A DNA stretch of 64,000 nucleotides. Origin: Microthyrium microscopicum. Taxonomy: Eukaryota. This document shows, one piece after another, positions 48,701 to 62,700 of this stretch; position 1 is the stretch's first letter; each line of letters starts with the position of its first letter. The stretch covers positions 980,153 to 1,044,152 of the forward strand of contig MU004231.1 in the NCBI GenBank assembly GCA_010405405.1, in the 5' to 3' direction. Position numbers and translations under genes: made by a program. Under the pieces are notes generated by a model. It had not been told where the DNA came from and searched no databases. It saw nothing but the letters and a program-made list of their open reading frames with translations.

Positions 48701-50882
48701 CTACAGCTATCTAATAAGGTCTCCAACCATCATCACCCATTAAGGCGTTGCCCTAAGAGTCGCCTATTAGAGCGATACAGCTTTACAGCTTCCCTTTACA
48801 TAACTGTAATACTCGTAGCTAATAATAAACTAGCTAGATACGTTTTAGATTCGGAAATTAGGGTGCTTCTAAGCTCTTCGCCTATATAGATAAATCAAGG
48901 GCGATCCGAGTTAAATTTCAGCTCTACTGCTTATATAGACATAATTAAAAGCCTGTACTATTTCAAGCCATCTAACTAGTTAAGCGACGTACCACAGCTC
49001 ATCCACCATTTATCTATAGACGCTAGTTATTATTCTAATAAGAGGTTCTAGTTATCTTATGTAGTTCCTTGCTTTTAAGTTTATATAGATTTAGAAATAA
49101 ATATTTTCTACTTCTATATAGCAACGTTCAATCCCGTCTCCATTCTAGCGCGCTAAATAAAGAAGGCAATCTAGATCCTAATTCTAGACTCTAAGAAGGG
49201 ACCAAAAATAAGACATCTCCCGGGTCTAAAATTAGGGCCTACCCTTCTCCTATATTTTTAATCTTATCCTTAAATAAAATTTATTATTAAATTATATCTA
49301 GGACAATGCTAGAAAATACTCGTATAGCTATTAAGCTAGAGACTAAGAATGTACAATTCGCTAAAGATAATAATAGATTTAATATAACTTAGTTATTAAA
49401 CTAAGAACGCTATATGATATTATAGGACAGTATCTTCTATAATTACTAGTAAATTAAGGAGATCGTACGTAACTTTTCCGTAATACTATTTCTAATAAGA
49501 ATATAACTTAATACCTTATATCTAGGTAATAAGGACGACTTAAAGCTATTATATATAGCTCTTATCTCTAGTAACATTTTAGGCAATATAACCTATATAA
49601 AGGATCTATTCTTTAACTGTCTTAAGCCCTATAAGCATGTTAAGGGCACATATAAGATCCTATTTAATAGTAGCATCATTCTAAATATTAATAATATCCT
49701 AAACTGCCTAGAGTTGATACTAGTAGATATCAAGCAGCTGCTATACAATAGAGATAAACTTAGTTCAACTTACTTATTCTAAAGAGACGTCGATAATACA
49801 CTAAGACGTCTTAAGTCGGCGTCTCTTATATTAACGAAATCTTAAATCCTAAGAGATAAAGAGTACTTTTGGATCCTAAAGCTTAAGTCTAACGACGGCC
49901 CTTCAGGTCTCGAAGTATTTCTTGGGGACTAGAAGCAGTCCAAATATAGTATTCACTGACTGTAGGTTTAGTTTAGAGCAAACGGCGTTTCGTTAATATT
50001 AGGATAATTACTACTCAATTCCTCTTTAAAACATATCTTCTACGATTCGTTATCCTTAAATCTATCTTAAAGCCCATTAAACCGTTGGTGTTTCTAATAC
50101 TTCCAATGTTCTGAATCGTTACGCTTTGTGCTATTATTCAAGTCTATTATTCTAATCTTCTTTTAAACACAACTATATACAAAGGAGGCGCTTAACTGGC
50201 TTGCTGGGGGTTGAGGTAAGCTTTTTGAAAACATAACATAGACAGAAAACTAACTGTCTGCTTAGATGCGTCTTTAGTAACATGTCCGCCTTTGACCTTG
50301 CTACCGGCTGCAGTCTCACCCTGGACAGAGTAGTGTGCGTTGGGATCGCCCTTGCTCTAGTGAGACATGTTGCTAATTATGGTCAGTAAGATGGCGGCGA
50401 AAGATTGAAGTAGTTTGTTACGTGATAGTTACCCGCTCCATTTGCTGCATATCATCGTCCTTAAACAGAGTGCCGTTCTTGAACCTTTCCTTAACCTTAG
50501 CGAGCGCCGCTTCCTTCACGTCCTGGCCGATAGCGCTAGTAAGGCGTTTGAAGCTATCTCCAGACTCTGTGATGTAAACCGAGATGCTCTTAGAGAGAGC
50601 TTTGTTGAATACTTGGCTAATGAGAGACATTTTGCTTGCGCCGGGCTTGGTGTCGACTTCTTCTCTAGAGCGCTCGTAGAGGTCTTTATGTATTCAACGA
50701 CTTCTACTTTCAAATGAAAGGTCTGGCTGTTAGGACTAGAGCTACTGAACTTATGACTGTTCCGTGTTTCATTTGCCGCTAAGAGATAGGAGGCATGGAG
50801 CCTATGATTGCTTCTAATTTTAGGTTTCCTGTCCTGGAAGTACGTTCTAGCGCCAGATAGGCATAGACAGAATATGATTGGA

Positions 50883-52096
50883 TTATATGCCATTCAGCTT
50901 TTCAAATGCTAGAAACTCTCTTGATGTCAATACAAACGAAGCGGAGGGCCTTTTGTTTGGATCGACTATTAGCATGAGACGCAGAAGGTCCCTTAATTGC
51001 TCCGGCATTTCTATCCCTTGGAGCTCTACATCCAATGGCGAAATAGCTTGCATTTCTGGCTCCTCGAGACTCATATGCCCAGCAGACTTGACTGCAGCTT
51101 TGAGCGTGTCGCCTTCAACCTCGTTAGGATTTGGTAAATTCCAGCTGGGAAAGAGTCGCTTGATCTTTGCTATAGACCAAGCCTTATCGATTAAGAAATG
51201 AGGGCTATCCCACTCGCCTAAAATCCCAGGTTTGATCCAGGAAAGTAGCATTGCGGCAACTGCCCACACCTGCGATGGCTTAGTGCACGCTTGACCTAAG
51301 AAGACTTTAGGAGCGCGCATAGAGTATGGTTGGGCTTCGAAACGGTCGCCGGTCGGAAACACTATAAGCGTGAGCAAAGGTGTATATCTCCTACGTATCA
51401 ATTAATACTTGCTTACTAAGTCCCAAATCACCCACTTTAGCAACAACTCGGCCAGTTTCAATGCCAGAAAGTAGGATATTCGCGGGTTTGTAATCTAGGC
51501 TAATTAGCGAATTTCTACATGTCGGGATGAGATACTCATACCGGTATTTACAAACTTCTGGTTTTCTAGCACGATACAACTACTTAATGCTGCTCTTAAG
51601 AACGACTGAATAATAGCGTAGTTAAGCGCGCCAGGCAGGTATTTCACCTCTGCGAGAGTGGTATCAAGCCATTCTAGAGCGATACACGTCCCGGTACTAC
51701 CTATAGAGTTGTCAAAGACATTATATAGTTTCCGAAAGCATGCAGCCGAAGCGACTCCAGGAAGGAGATAGCTTTGACGTTCACGTTCCAGGTTCTCCGT
51801 AGCAGTTGTATCACTGGGCGACGCTGCTTTGATGAAAGCCCTTAGCAGCAGAATCAGCCTTATAATGTAAGGGACGATGATACAATAACAAACCATTGGG
51901 GAGAACCAAGTGAGTTTTCATGTTGAATGATTTCAGCTTTGAAGCCAGTAGATATTTGCGTGTTATCGCCTTCAACGGCCTCCTTAATGCGGTAGTTCCA
52001 GCGTGCTCCTGAAAGAATGTGCCCAGGAGCAAGCGACGACATGGGTTTTGACAACGTTTTCCTTGCAGCAGATGAAATGGTGCGGGTCAAACGCAT
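50883..52096 (-). CDS. Fungal-specific Ser/Thr protein kinase-like gene (3 introns; APE changed to APK)
   Basis: Spliced frame is continuous: AFIK, IALEWL, NTDYKPANIL, KVGDLGL, MRAPKVFLG, QVWAVA, DPNKRPSA. Confidence 0.75.
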
Positions 52097-52497
52097 TGTG
52101 GAGGATCCAACGGGGGAAGGACTGAAAGGGCGTAGTTAGCTCTCGTCAGACGGCTGTTCCACTACTTGGCATGCCTAAGGCCCAAAGGCTACATTGTCAC
52201 GATGCCAAGCCCTTGCCGGGTTGCTCCTGCGACCCAGGCTTCTCAATCGACTCTCCGAGGCATCTCATCATCTTTCCTTTCCTGCTTCGCCTATACGCTT
52301 TTCACTCTTTCTCGTATACACTCACAATTCCCTCTCATTACACTCTCTTGCTTGCATGCACATATCCACTCATGCTTCATTTTAACACGATCCTCTCATC
52401 GACTACGACCCTCCTCAACATCGGCCACCCTCCTCTCATCGACCACGACTTTCCTCTTATTGACCACGATCCTCCCCATAGAGACTAGGCACACTAA

Positions 52498-53165
52498 ATG
52501 GTCGATGAATTCACATCGCCCGAAGCTTATATTAGCGAGGACATCTCCAGATACGCGGCGAAGCCTAGCAGTTATGACAGATTATCCGCATTCCAAATAT
52601 CCAAATTTTTCAAACGTCATAAATCCACCACAAAGGACGAGTGCAATCGCGTAGCCACCAATATCCTCAAAAGCCCCGTCTCTCCTACACCAATACAAGG
52701 TGCTACGAGCTATACTGTAGCAGCCGACTCTAGGCAAATACCTGCACACATTCTTAAGAAGTTGAACGAGACACGACAAGGGCTTCCGTTACTCTTCCAA
52801 CCGGAATACCCCAGCGCGTCCAGCACGACGACTTCTTGGAGAATAACTTCCACGTGAATGAAGCAACTGGCCATATTATAGGCGTTGTCGATTGGGCGGA
52901 TGCTATAATTGCCCCGTTTGGACTTTCTCTCGGCGGTCTTGAAACAATACTTGGTGTTCAGACTTCAAGCAGTTGGCATTTTCATCCCAATCATGTTGAG
53001 CTCTGGGAATATTTCTGGGAGAGATTCTACGAACAAACTGGTTTTATCTCTGCAGAAAGTCGACGTTTAATCGAAGTCGCAAGACTGTTTGGATTGTTCC
53101 GAACTCATGGTTTTGAAGAGGGAGATGCGAGAATTGTATACCTCGAGGCGTTATGTATGCTTTGA
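52498..53165 (+). pseudogene. Aminoglycoside-phosphotransferase (APH)/choline-kinase-like pseudogene
   Basis: PTPIQGATSYTV, then an apparent internal deletion near 52735 and a frameshift near 52815 before HDDFLENNFHV...GVVDWADA.IAPFG. Confidence 0.75.
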
Positions 53166-56100
53166 ACGAATGTATTCGCTAATGCGTATTATCCGATACA
53201 CGAACAAGGCATCACGAATACTACGTTCTTGAATGCACCTGATGGCCTGAGGTCTTGTATGCGCGAGAAGTGGAATTTACCCATTTTGCGACTAGATCGT
53301 CGTGTGCGCGGGATGCTATCTACAAGCCACCATAAGCAGGCAACAAAGGGGATTGAGCTAGATATCGAGATGACTAGAAATGGGTCTAAGTAGACAGCTT
53401 TATAGTGATCTGATTCTTGACCCCCTTTAGGTCTAATTAATCAAGGTCCCGAATTTGGACCTTTCATTAAACGACCCCTTCGCGTTTTAACGGCCTACAT
53501 CTAGAGCTGTTAGCCCAATAAATTCAGTTTCCAATTGACGTATAATTAAATCCTATTTAAATAATAATATCCGCCTAGTAACGTAACTAATTCTCTAATT
53601 TGGATAGTAAGATAGAAGAAGATAATTAGGACAACTTCAGCTTAGATAGGATCTATAATGAGAATAATAGAGACAATAATAGCCAGAATATCGACGACGA
53701 TGTTAGTAAGGCTGATTTAAGTATAGAGGCCTCTTCTAATAATAAGGATCCTACTACTAAAGACCTAGCGTTTATTGTACCTAATACATACGAGTCTAGC
53801 GACAAGGACGATAGTAGTAATAACAAGATTAATAAGAAAGAAGATGCTTACGTAGGTTATATAAAGGGTAATAGTACTTTCGTACTACTTATAGAATATA
53901 AGGAGTTAATATTAAAGCTATTACTAAAACTTTATATACTTTAGAAGTATACTGTAGAACAACTAGTACGTCGTTGAGAATAATATAAACCCTTATAGAC
54001 ATTACTTCTTACAACCTAAGCTTTCTCTCTTACGACTAACTCTCTAAGGCATAAGATAATAAGGATGAAATTAAGCTTAGAATATAAACTTAGTAATTAC
54101 TTAGCTTCGTCCCCAGCTTTACCTAACCCTCTAGATACTTCTAAAGTCTATAGATACTTTTCTTTCCTGCCTATAATTATTCTTTATAGCAATTAAGAAC
54201 CTAACTAAAACACGCCGCTCTACCTTCTTCGAAAAGACTTATATAGTAACTAAGATCGCCTAAGATACTACTAGTTAAGAAGGAAATTCTATTCGCTAGT
54301 TATATCTTCTCTTCCTTATATATAACATTAGCTATATACTCCACACTTTCCTTTTCGTTAAAAACTATCCGTAATTACTTTAAATCGAAATAAGAATATA
54401 TATTCGTATAAGTAATAAATACCTTAAATAGAGTAGAATATATATTCTTTCAATTAGGAAGGCTAACAATATTAAATTGCTTATTAAATAATATATTATA
54501 AAGAAGAAAATCCTAATAAATAAGTAGATAACCTTCTAAGCTAGACGTTAGGTAAGGCCTTACTTTCAACGTAGCAACAAGGTTAATTAGAAAACACTTA
54601 ACTTCGTACTAGAGAGTTTATAATATTTAGTCATTACTCTGTCCTTTATAGAGAAATTCTAAATTCTTAAACTTTACGTAAGTAGCCTAAGAAAGGAAAT
54701 AGTTAATAGGTAATAAAAACGGTCCCTAAAAGCTAAAGGGGGCTAGTAAAGGGCTAACTTTAACATCCCCTTTAGGTCCTAAGACAAGAGACCTAATCTT
54801 ATTAAGGTAAATAGTAGCTATTTAGTACTAAATGTCTGTTTAGTATTACCTAAATATAGAGATAAGGAAAGCATATACCTAAATTAAAGCTATTAATTTC
54901 CTAATCTTCTTCTTTTATATATAAAAGAAATCGTTAGGACTTCTAATATTATAAAGTATATTTCCTTAAATATATTATATAAGTACGTATAGAATCCTAA
55001 TAGGGTTAGCATCTATTAATGTTTAATATCTAAAAACTACTAGTACTAGTAAGTTTATTATTATTATAAGATACTTCATTATAGCAATCTTATTTTTAAA
55101 GGCAAATTATTGCTCTTTTATCTACTATACTAACCTTGCGCTTCTATTTAAAGTAATAGGAACCCGTACAAGCTATATTTCCCTATTAAAAAATAATACG
55201 CAGCGCATAATATATTAATTTCTAACATAATAGTATCTATTATAGTTATAATATTAATTACTAATTAGGCTTTAAACTTCTTTAAGTAAGGTAGTCTAGT
55301 TAATATACTTAAAAGTATATTATATATAATTTATATTATGCTAGCCACGCTAGTAAAATATAAAAGGTTAGGACATTATTATAAATAAATAGTGAGTTAG
55401 ATAACGGCGGTTAGAAGTTCTAAATACTCTTAAGCAGTACTAAAACTAAAAGATTAGTTATATTATAGTTGCCTAATCTATAGATACAACTCATTACAAA
55501 GCGAAGGGAAGTATTAGAACATAATATAGAAACTAAATTTTTCCTATCTAAGAAGTATAATACCTTATAAATGACTAACTTCCTAAACTAACAAACAGTA
55601 ATATAGTTTCACACTAGGACGGCCTACTAATAATAAGGCAGTACGGACACAATGAATTTCTATATATAGAGTAAGACGCTACCAAAGGGTTATATAAGAT
55701 AAAAAGAAATACCTATCTATTCTCTTTTATAGCTACATTTTAGATAATTATCGCCTCTCTTTATATTCTTCTCCTTACAAAGAACTAAGTTCGTACATTA
55801 ACTATAGAGACTAATCTTGCTAGATATAGTATTAATTAATAAGTAAAATAGTTTAGATATAATATCCTAATAATTCTAAACTTGCTTACCTTAAAGGAAA
55901 TAGATAATTAAATTACTTAAGAGAGGAAGATTATAGGCTTCCTTTAAATTACTTAAAATACAAAGTTAAGCTCTAAGGCATTTTAATAACTTATAAGCTA
56001 CTACCTTTATTAAAGAGCTTAGGCCTTCGCTAAAATCTAATAATAAAGTTTAGCGCCTTATAGGTTATTTAGAGGACACCTATAAAAGTTAAAGGTTAGA

Positions 56101-59100
56101 ATTTCTACGCGCTAATTAATTAAGGTTATTCTCCCGTTTTTAAGACATAGCATAAGCTTATTAAAATAGGCCGTACTAATCTAGCATTAGTATAAATTAA
56201 TCCTTTATCTAACTTATACTTATAAATAAGGCTAATAACTAAGAATAAGTTAATTAGTTTACTAACGTATTCTTATATTAGCTACATCTACGATCTAACC
56301 CGCAATCTAACCTACTCTTAAGGGTTCGCGTCTTTTCCTACACTCTCTTAACTAATAAAGCACTTACGTTAAAAGCTAATTAAATTAAGTTTTCTTTTAC
56401 CTTTTAAAACTTATATACATCTATCTTGGATTAATACAAGTTAATTATTATACTAACGCACATGTATATAAATAGGCTTAGAAGGAAGCTAGTTTTTAAG
56501 CTACATACGAGTTCCTAGTTAACGTATACGAGTTATCTAATAACGTTAACTTACGTCTTCCTAGATACTAAATTATTATACACAGGATGCTATTACACAA
56601 GCTATAAGTAGGTAATAATAAGAAGTAAGCTAGGTTATATTTTAAATAAGTCGTTAATTCTACTATCTATAAATCCTTAATATTATTAATTATCTCTTCT
56701 ATTGCACTCCTCCTTCCATGCTTATTCTTACTATCTTTATAATAGCCCGTCCCTTTCTATCTCTAAATTCCTATATATACTGTTTTAGGTTAGATTTAAT
56801 AAATCGGCTTATCTCTCTTTATTAAACATTGCTCTAAGAAGAGTTATTTGCGCGAATGTAAATAGAAGCAATAGGCTAGTATTATAGGAGACTATTAACT
56901 AATAAGCTAAGCTCTTTAGTAGTAGAAGACACCTATTTACTCTTAGTAAATAAAGTATGCTAATTCTTATGCCTTAATCTCTTAAATTAGATAGATAGAC
57001 GATATATATTACTAAACTATAGACTAATTGGTTCGTTCTAATCCATTATCTTAAAAACTTAATATATATCTATTTTAACGCGTTCTAGTCAAAGCGGCTA
57101 TTTAACTAACGAATATAACTAAATCTTCTATTTCTATATTACTACTGTTGCTTAGTTCTCTTTCTTAGCTCTATTTCTTTTTAAGATACGAATAGTATAC
57201 TACTTTACTATTTTATAAACTTACTTAATATTTTATAAAGTTTCTAGTTCTACGTTTATTAGTTAATTAGTTATTTATTATAAAATCTCCTTACTATCCT
57301 ACTATTAATAATTTCTTTTACTTTCTCGTTAATTAGAACATATTTAAACTTATTTAAGTAAAAACCTTTAAAGCTATTAGCATACGAATTTAATAGTCTG
57401 ACGGTCTGTAATCTAAATCATACTTACTATCTTTAGATAAAGAAATAAGTCTACTATTGCGGAGTGCTACTACCTTCTATAATTTATACTTGCTATTACA
57501 AACAAGGAGTCTAAATAACTCTCTAACATTTATTATTACCTTAATAAACTATATAGTACGATCTATTCTTCTAATCTTATAAACTTTTTCGTCCTTATAT
57601 ATTTTCTTCTAAGGCTCCTAGGAGCTTTTTATAGCTAAAGAAGGTAGAGTAATAAAAATAATATACATACCTCGTTTAATAAGATATTTAATAATAGAGG
57701 TTAAGTTATTAACGTATTCCTCTATCTTAATACTCTCTTAATACTTATTAGAAATATAGTAATTATTTAATCTAAGCTATAATACCTTAATTAGTATTAG
57801 TAAGAGTAAATGGATTTAAAACAAAACATACTATAATTTTTACTTTAACTGTAAGATTATTAAGAAATATATAAGAAAGAAAGTTAAGGAAGTAGTAGGA
57901 ATTGAAGCCGCTACTATTATTAGTAATAAAAGCTATAATATATACAAAATACATACAAGAATCTACGAGACACAATATCTAGTATATTTATAAAGTCTAA
58001 ATAATAGATATTAGTATATAAATATAGTAAAAATGTATAGAAAAATTACGTACCTTTTTATAAAAATAGGGTAAGGCCTTAAGAAATATGCTTAGAGTAT
58101 TCTATATATAAGTCGCTACTAAGCTATATCTATAGGAGCACTATTCCTACAGGTTAAATCTCGTACTATAAGGTAGGATATTTAGATTCCCTTTTTAAAA
58201 TAAGCCTAATCTTTTCCTAATTATATATAGAGCTCTAAGCTTGCTAAGAAATGAACCTCCTTCTTAAGTCTTATAGATAGAAATTACTAAACTTAATAGC
58301 TTGTAGAGCCTAATCTTAAATACCTCTATTCTTAAATACTACTGCTAATATTACTATAAAGTTCTATAGTATAATTAGGATATATATTAAGTAATTACGT
58401 TAGTTATACCTATTATAGTATTACGAATAGAACTTAAATCACGTCGTTACTAATCCTAAAAAGCTAAAAGAATCCTTTCTTCTCTCTATATCCCAGCTGT
58501 CCTAGCTCCTTAACTACCTATATATAACTTTAAGGCTACTTTAATTTTAGGTAGTAAAGATATAGTTGCCATACTATATAATTAGTTTATTTAACTTGCT
58601 TAAGGAGACGCTTCTATGTAACTACTATTTTAAAAACCCTAACTAAAAGTATAGGCTTAAAGCCGTCTATAATATTAAACTTCTCTATAAATTCGTTAAG
58701 AACGCCCTTAGATATCTAGACTTTATAAATGTTAGCTTTGTCGTAATAGACGTTAATACGAATAGAGCTTATAACAATACTCTAGTTAAATCTATAGTCT
58801 TTTAACGTTAAGGAAAACTAAGACTAATCTATAGATTTATAAATACCTAGCAACTAGAATTCCGTAGAGACTATTAGAACTTCCATTGCTTTAACTATAA
58901 AGACTCTATAAAGAAAATAATTTATAATCTAGTAGTAATCATCTAGAAAGGCATTTGCTATATAATGCATATAGATAGTAAAAACTTTAGGTTATATCTT
59001 AAGGGTCTACTAATCTAAAAATTTCTTACGTTTTAGATCCTTTGTAAGCCTTTCTTTATATTTTTTAATTAGGTCCTATTTAGGGGATGTTAGATTATAG

Positions 59101-60134
59101 GGATTTTCTACCTTAGTAGATTCTCTAAGTGTAGTTAAGTTAATTATATCTAGTATAATAACTTTGTATATATTTAGGCTAATATATTAAGAGTATTAAA
59201 AGTCTTTACGATATTATGCTTAAAGCGTCTTAAAGTCCTTGCATCGTATAAGTAGAAGAATATATAAGTCTATTAAGATCTAGTTAGAGCCCAAGATATA
59301 GTTTATTAAGATCTAAATATAAACTTTAATATTAAGTGCAGCGACGAAGTGCTAAACTTACCTAGTCTATTATAAGGTTTAGTAAGTCGTTACTTTAGTT
59401 AGGTGAGGCCTAGCTTCTATAAATATATCTAGGTTAGATAATAGAAGTAATTACTAGGAAGTAGCTTATTACGTTTTACGAGAATAGGAATTTTAATCCT
59501 CCCTTTTTAGATATATATAAAACTAGTTTAACTATTAAAAAGTAAAGTACATATTACAAAAATAAACGGGAACGCCTAGAAAGGTAAGTAGTCTTCCGCC
59601 TATAGCTAGCGGAAGAGAATAATATAACTGCTACTAACTATATTACTATTAATACGATACTAATATAATATCTTAGAAAACAAGTCTATAAGATAAAGGA
59701 GTATAGAGTCTAAATTATTTATTAACTCCTATACCCCTAATATGCTTTAGAACTCTCTCTAAGTAAATAATACTATATATAGCTTTCCTTCCTTATCCTA
59801 TCCTAAAGTTATAACTTAGATATTAGAAGAAAATACTTTAATTTTAAATATCTTAAATAAGCTATTTAGATTAGCGCCGTAGTAACGATATATATATGCG
59901 TTCTACCTTTTAATAGTTTAGAGAGGATGCTTTTTAGACTCGTATGTAAGCTGTAGTAACTTTAGCTTTTAGTTCTAATATTCTATATATAAAATACTAA
60001 CTAGATATATTTAGATCTCTAATAGTTATTTAAACTAGAGTTTACTAGTTAAGTAACAAGTAATTATAAAGTTAATAAGAATCGTAAAGTATCGTAATGT
60101 CGTAATAATACTAAAAAATTAAATGTAAAGTATT

Positions 60135-60335
60135 GCTAACTACATGCTAACTGCATACTAACTACATACAAGCTATGCTAAGCCGTACTAATAATATAAG
60201 CCACGCTAAGCCTTGCTAACTACTTACTAACTACATCTAACAAAATATAAACCTTATTAATAGCTTACTAACTACATGCTAACTACATGCTAACTACATC
60301 TAATAAAAATATAAACTACGCTAAGTCTTACTAAT
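60135..60335. repeat. Degenerate 10-11 bp periodic repeat array (GCTAACTACAT / GCTAAGCC..)
   Basis: Repeated ctaactacat(g) and (c)taagcc units, with a longer sub-block duplicated. Confidence 0.75.
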
Positions 60336-62700
60336 AGTATTACACTTAACTAACTATCTATAAACGCGTTACTATAGAGTCCTATACTAGCTAGTTAACC
60401 CTTACGAGCAAGGCACATAAAAAATAAGAATTAAGATAAGGCTACTCCTAGATTATAGGTATAGTACTTCTATATACGTCTAAAAATTACGACTAGTAAA
60501 TTAAAGAAAGTAAATAAGGTAAATAAGGCAAAGGTAATATAGAAACTTAACGTAACTTTAGCCTTATAGACTTAAACTTATAAATATGTACTATTTACTC
60601 TTATTAAGCGTATATATAATAATACCTACAATAGCTTTACCTACAAAAAGGTTAAATCTTAAAATAATACGTGTATAAAATTATAATAATAAAGAGACTA
60701 AAAGTATAGATAGGTATTAATATAGATACACTAAAATAATTCTTACTATTACTATTACTATTAGCTTTCAGCTAATTCTAGTCTCTTACTAATAATAGGC
60801 TACTCTAATAAAAGATTATAAAGACACTACGAGGGTTAGGTCACCTAACTTTTCTAAAAAGGAACATTGTATTTCTAGAACGTAGGGTTTCTATAGCGCG
60901 TTACAATAAGTAACTTTAGAATACTAGATAATAATAACACGAATAGATTACGTACTTTAAATTTAGCAGCAACGTTATAACGTTAATAATAATGCCTATA
61001 AAGAACTTCTCTTTATACTAAATCCGCTAAAGATATTAGAATTAAGTAATAGTAATATCCCCTTAGTAGACTTATAGTTTACCTTAGAAAGCTAGAACGA
61101 CCTACTAAACTCCTAGATTAACGCATCTACTTTAAACGCCTCTACTCTTTCTTAGATTAATTATAATATTTAATTTAAGATTCTAACGAAACTAAATTTA
61201 ACTAGTAGCTAGCCTACTAATAATTTTATACTTATTAATTATAATTTTAATCTCCTTAACGCTAACTATTAACTTATCTAGAACGTTAAATTAACTTAAC
61301 TCCTTAATAAAGATACTCTATACTTCTACTTAAGTAATATATTAAATAGCTAAATATATACACCTTAATAGCTAGTACTAATAGCTCCCCCGTTGTCTAA
61401 TTCTAAATAGAAGGAGCCAGCGTACACTTACTACTAAAAGTTCAAAAAAGTAATATAAGTCCTATAGCTATTCACGTTCCTATTACTTACTATTTTAGTA
61501 CAAACTAATAAATAATAATATCTACGAACCTTATACGAAGGCCGATATCCCGCCTTAGGTTTATATTTGTATCTAGTATGCTAACAAGCTAGTATTTGCT
61601 AAATATACGTAATCCTCCTTCCTCTCTTTAAACTTTGCCTAATCTATAACAGAGAAGAACTTAAACTATAAGCAGAAGCTAGCTTAGGAGAATCTTAAGT
61701 TTCTAAACTCTATAAATAACTATAATCTTATACCTGTTTTCCTTTAACACGACTAGCAAGGACCCGTCCTTTACGTATATTACTATAAATTCATACCTAC
61801 CTCTTCCGATTAAACCTATCTCTACTATAAGAAAGATTACAAGTAGGAATATATATAGTTAACTCCCTTTGCCCTAAAAGGATATAATAATCTAGACCTA
61901 TACGTTAAATAATATATATATTTTTATCTTTAGTAAGTAGGAAATAGTAGATCCTAGATTAATTAAATCTTTACTAAAGCTAAGAAGTATCTTAATATAA
62001 ATATTACTTTCTCTAAGCTTTATACAATACGCTAATACTATCTTAGAATCCTTTAATATAGAATACGTTAAAGCTATAGGCTGTATACTGTCTTCTTATA
62101 AAGAGCTAGGAGATTAGTAAGCATAAGACGCTTAGAATATTTATAGTTACAAACAATTGCTTATTACTCTTTAAGTAGCTTCCAGCTCCTTAACTAGTAT
62201 AAAATTAAGCAGACTAAGATCTTAAATAATACGTTGCTAACTACGAGGTAGCAAATCTAAGAGAACTTCAAAATGCTATACGTAGAACCGTATAGAAAAG
62301 TTAGATTATAATATTTACTATAGTTCTAATTATATTATTAATACGAGAGAGGAATATTTAGAGGCTACTATACTAGATATATTACCCAAAGTAAGTAAGT
62401 ACATCTGCCTTTCTAATGCTAGCTTCTACTAATAGTCTTTAATAATACTAATAGTAATATCCTAAATTAGTAGTTACTCTTGTTTGTAGAAGCCTACATA
62501 TAACTAACATCCTACTAGCTTATGTTTATTTCTCTAAAAAAGTCCCTTAATAATTTCGCGAAATTAAAAGTAGCCTAAGGTTACATTAGTAGCTTCAATC
62601 GGCTAATGCTTAATATTAATAAATAGATAAAGAGAGTGTGGATTTTTTACTATGTTCTTTAGCATTTAATTAATATAATAATAAGCAAGTAAGGCAAGCA

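Noticed and set aside
50418..50630. 70-aa minus-strand ORF
   Set aside because: Looks protein-like, but no family recognised and the surrounding frame is broken.
52385..52480. Short CCTCTCATCGACCACGA-like repeats upstream of the APH-like gene
   Set aside because: Low-complexity degenerate repeats with no supportable function.
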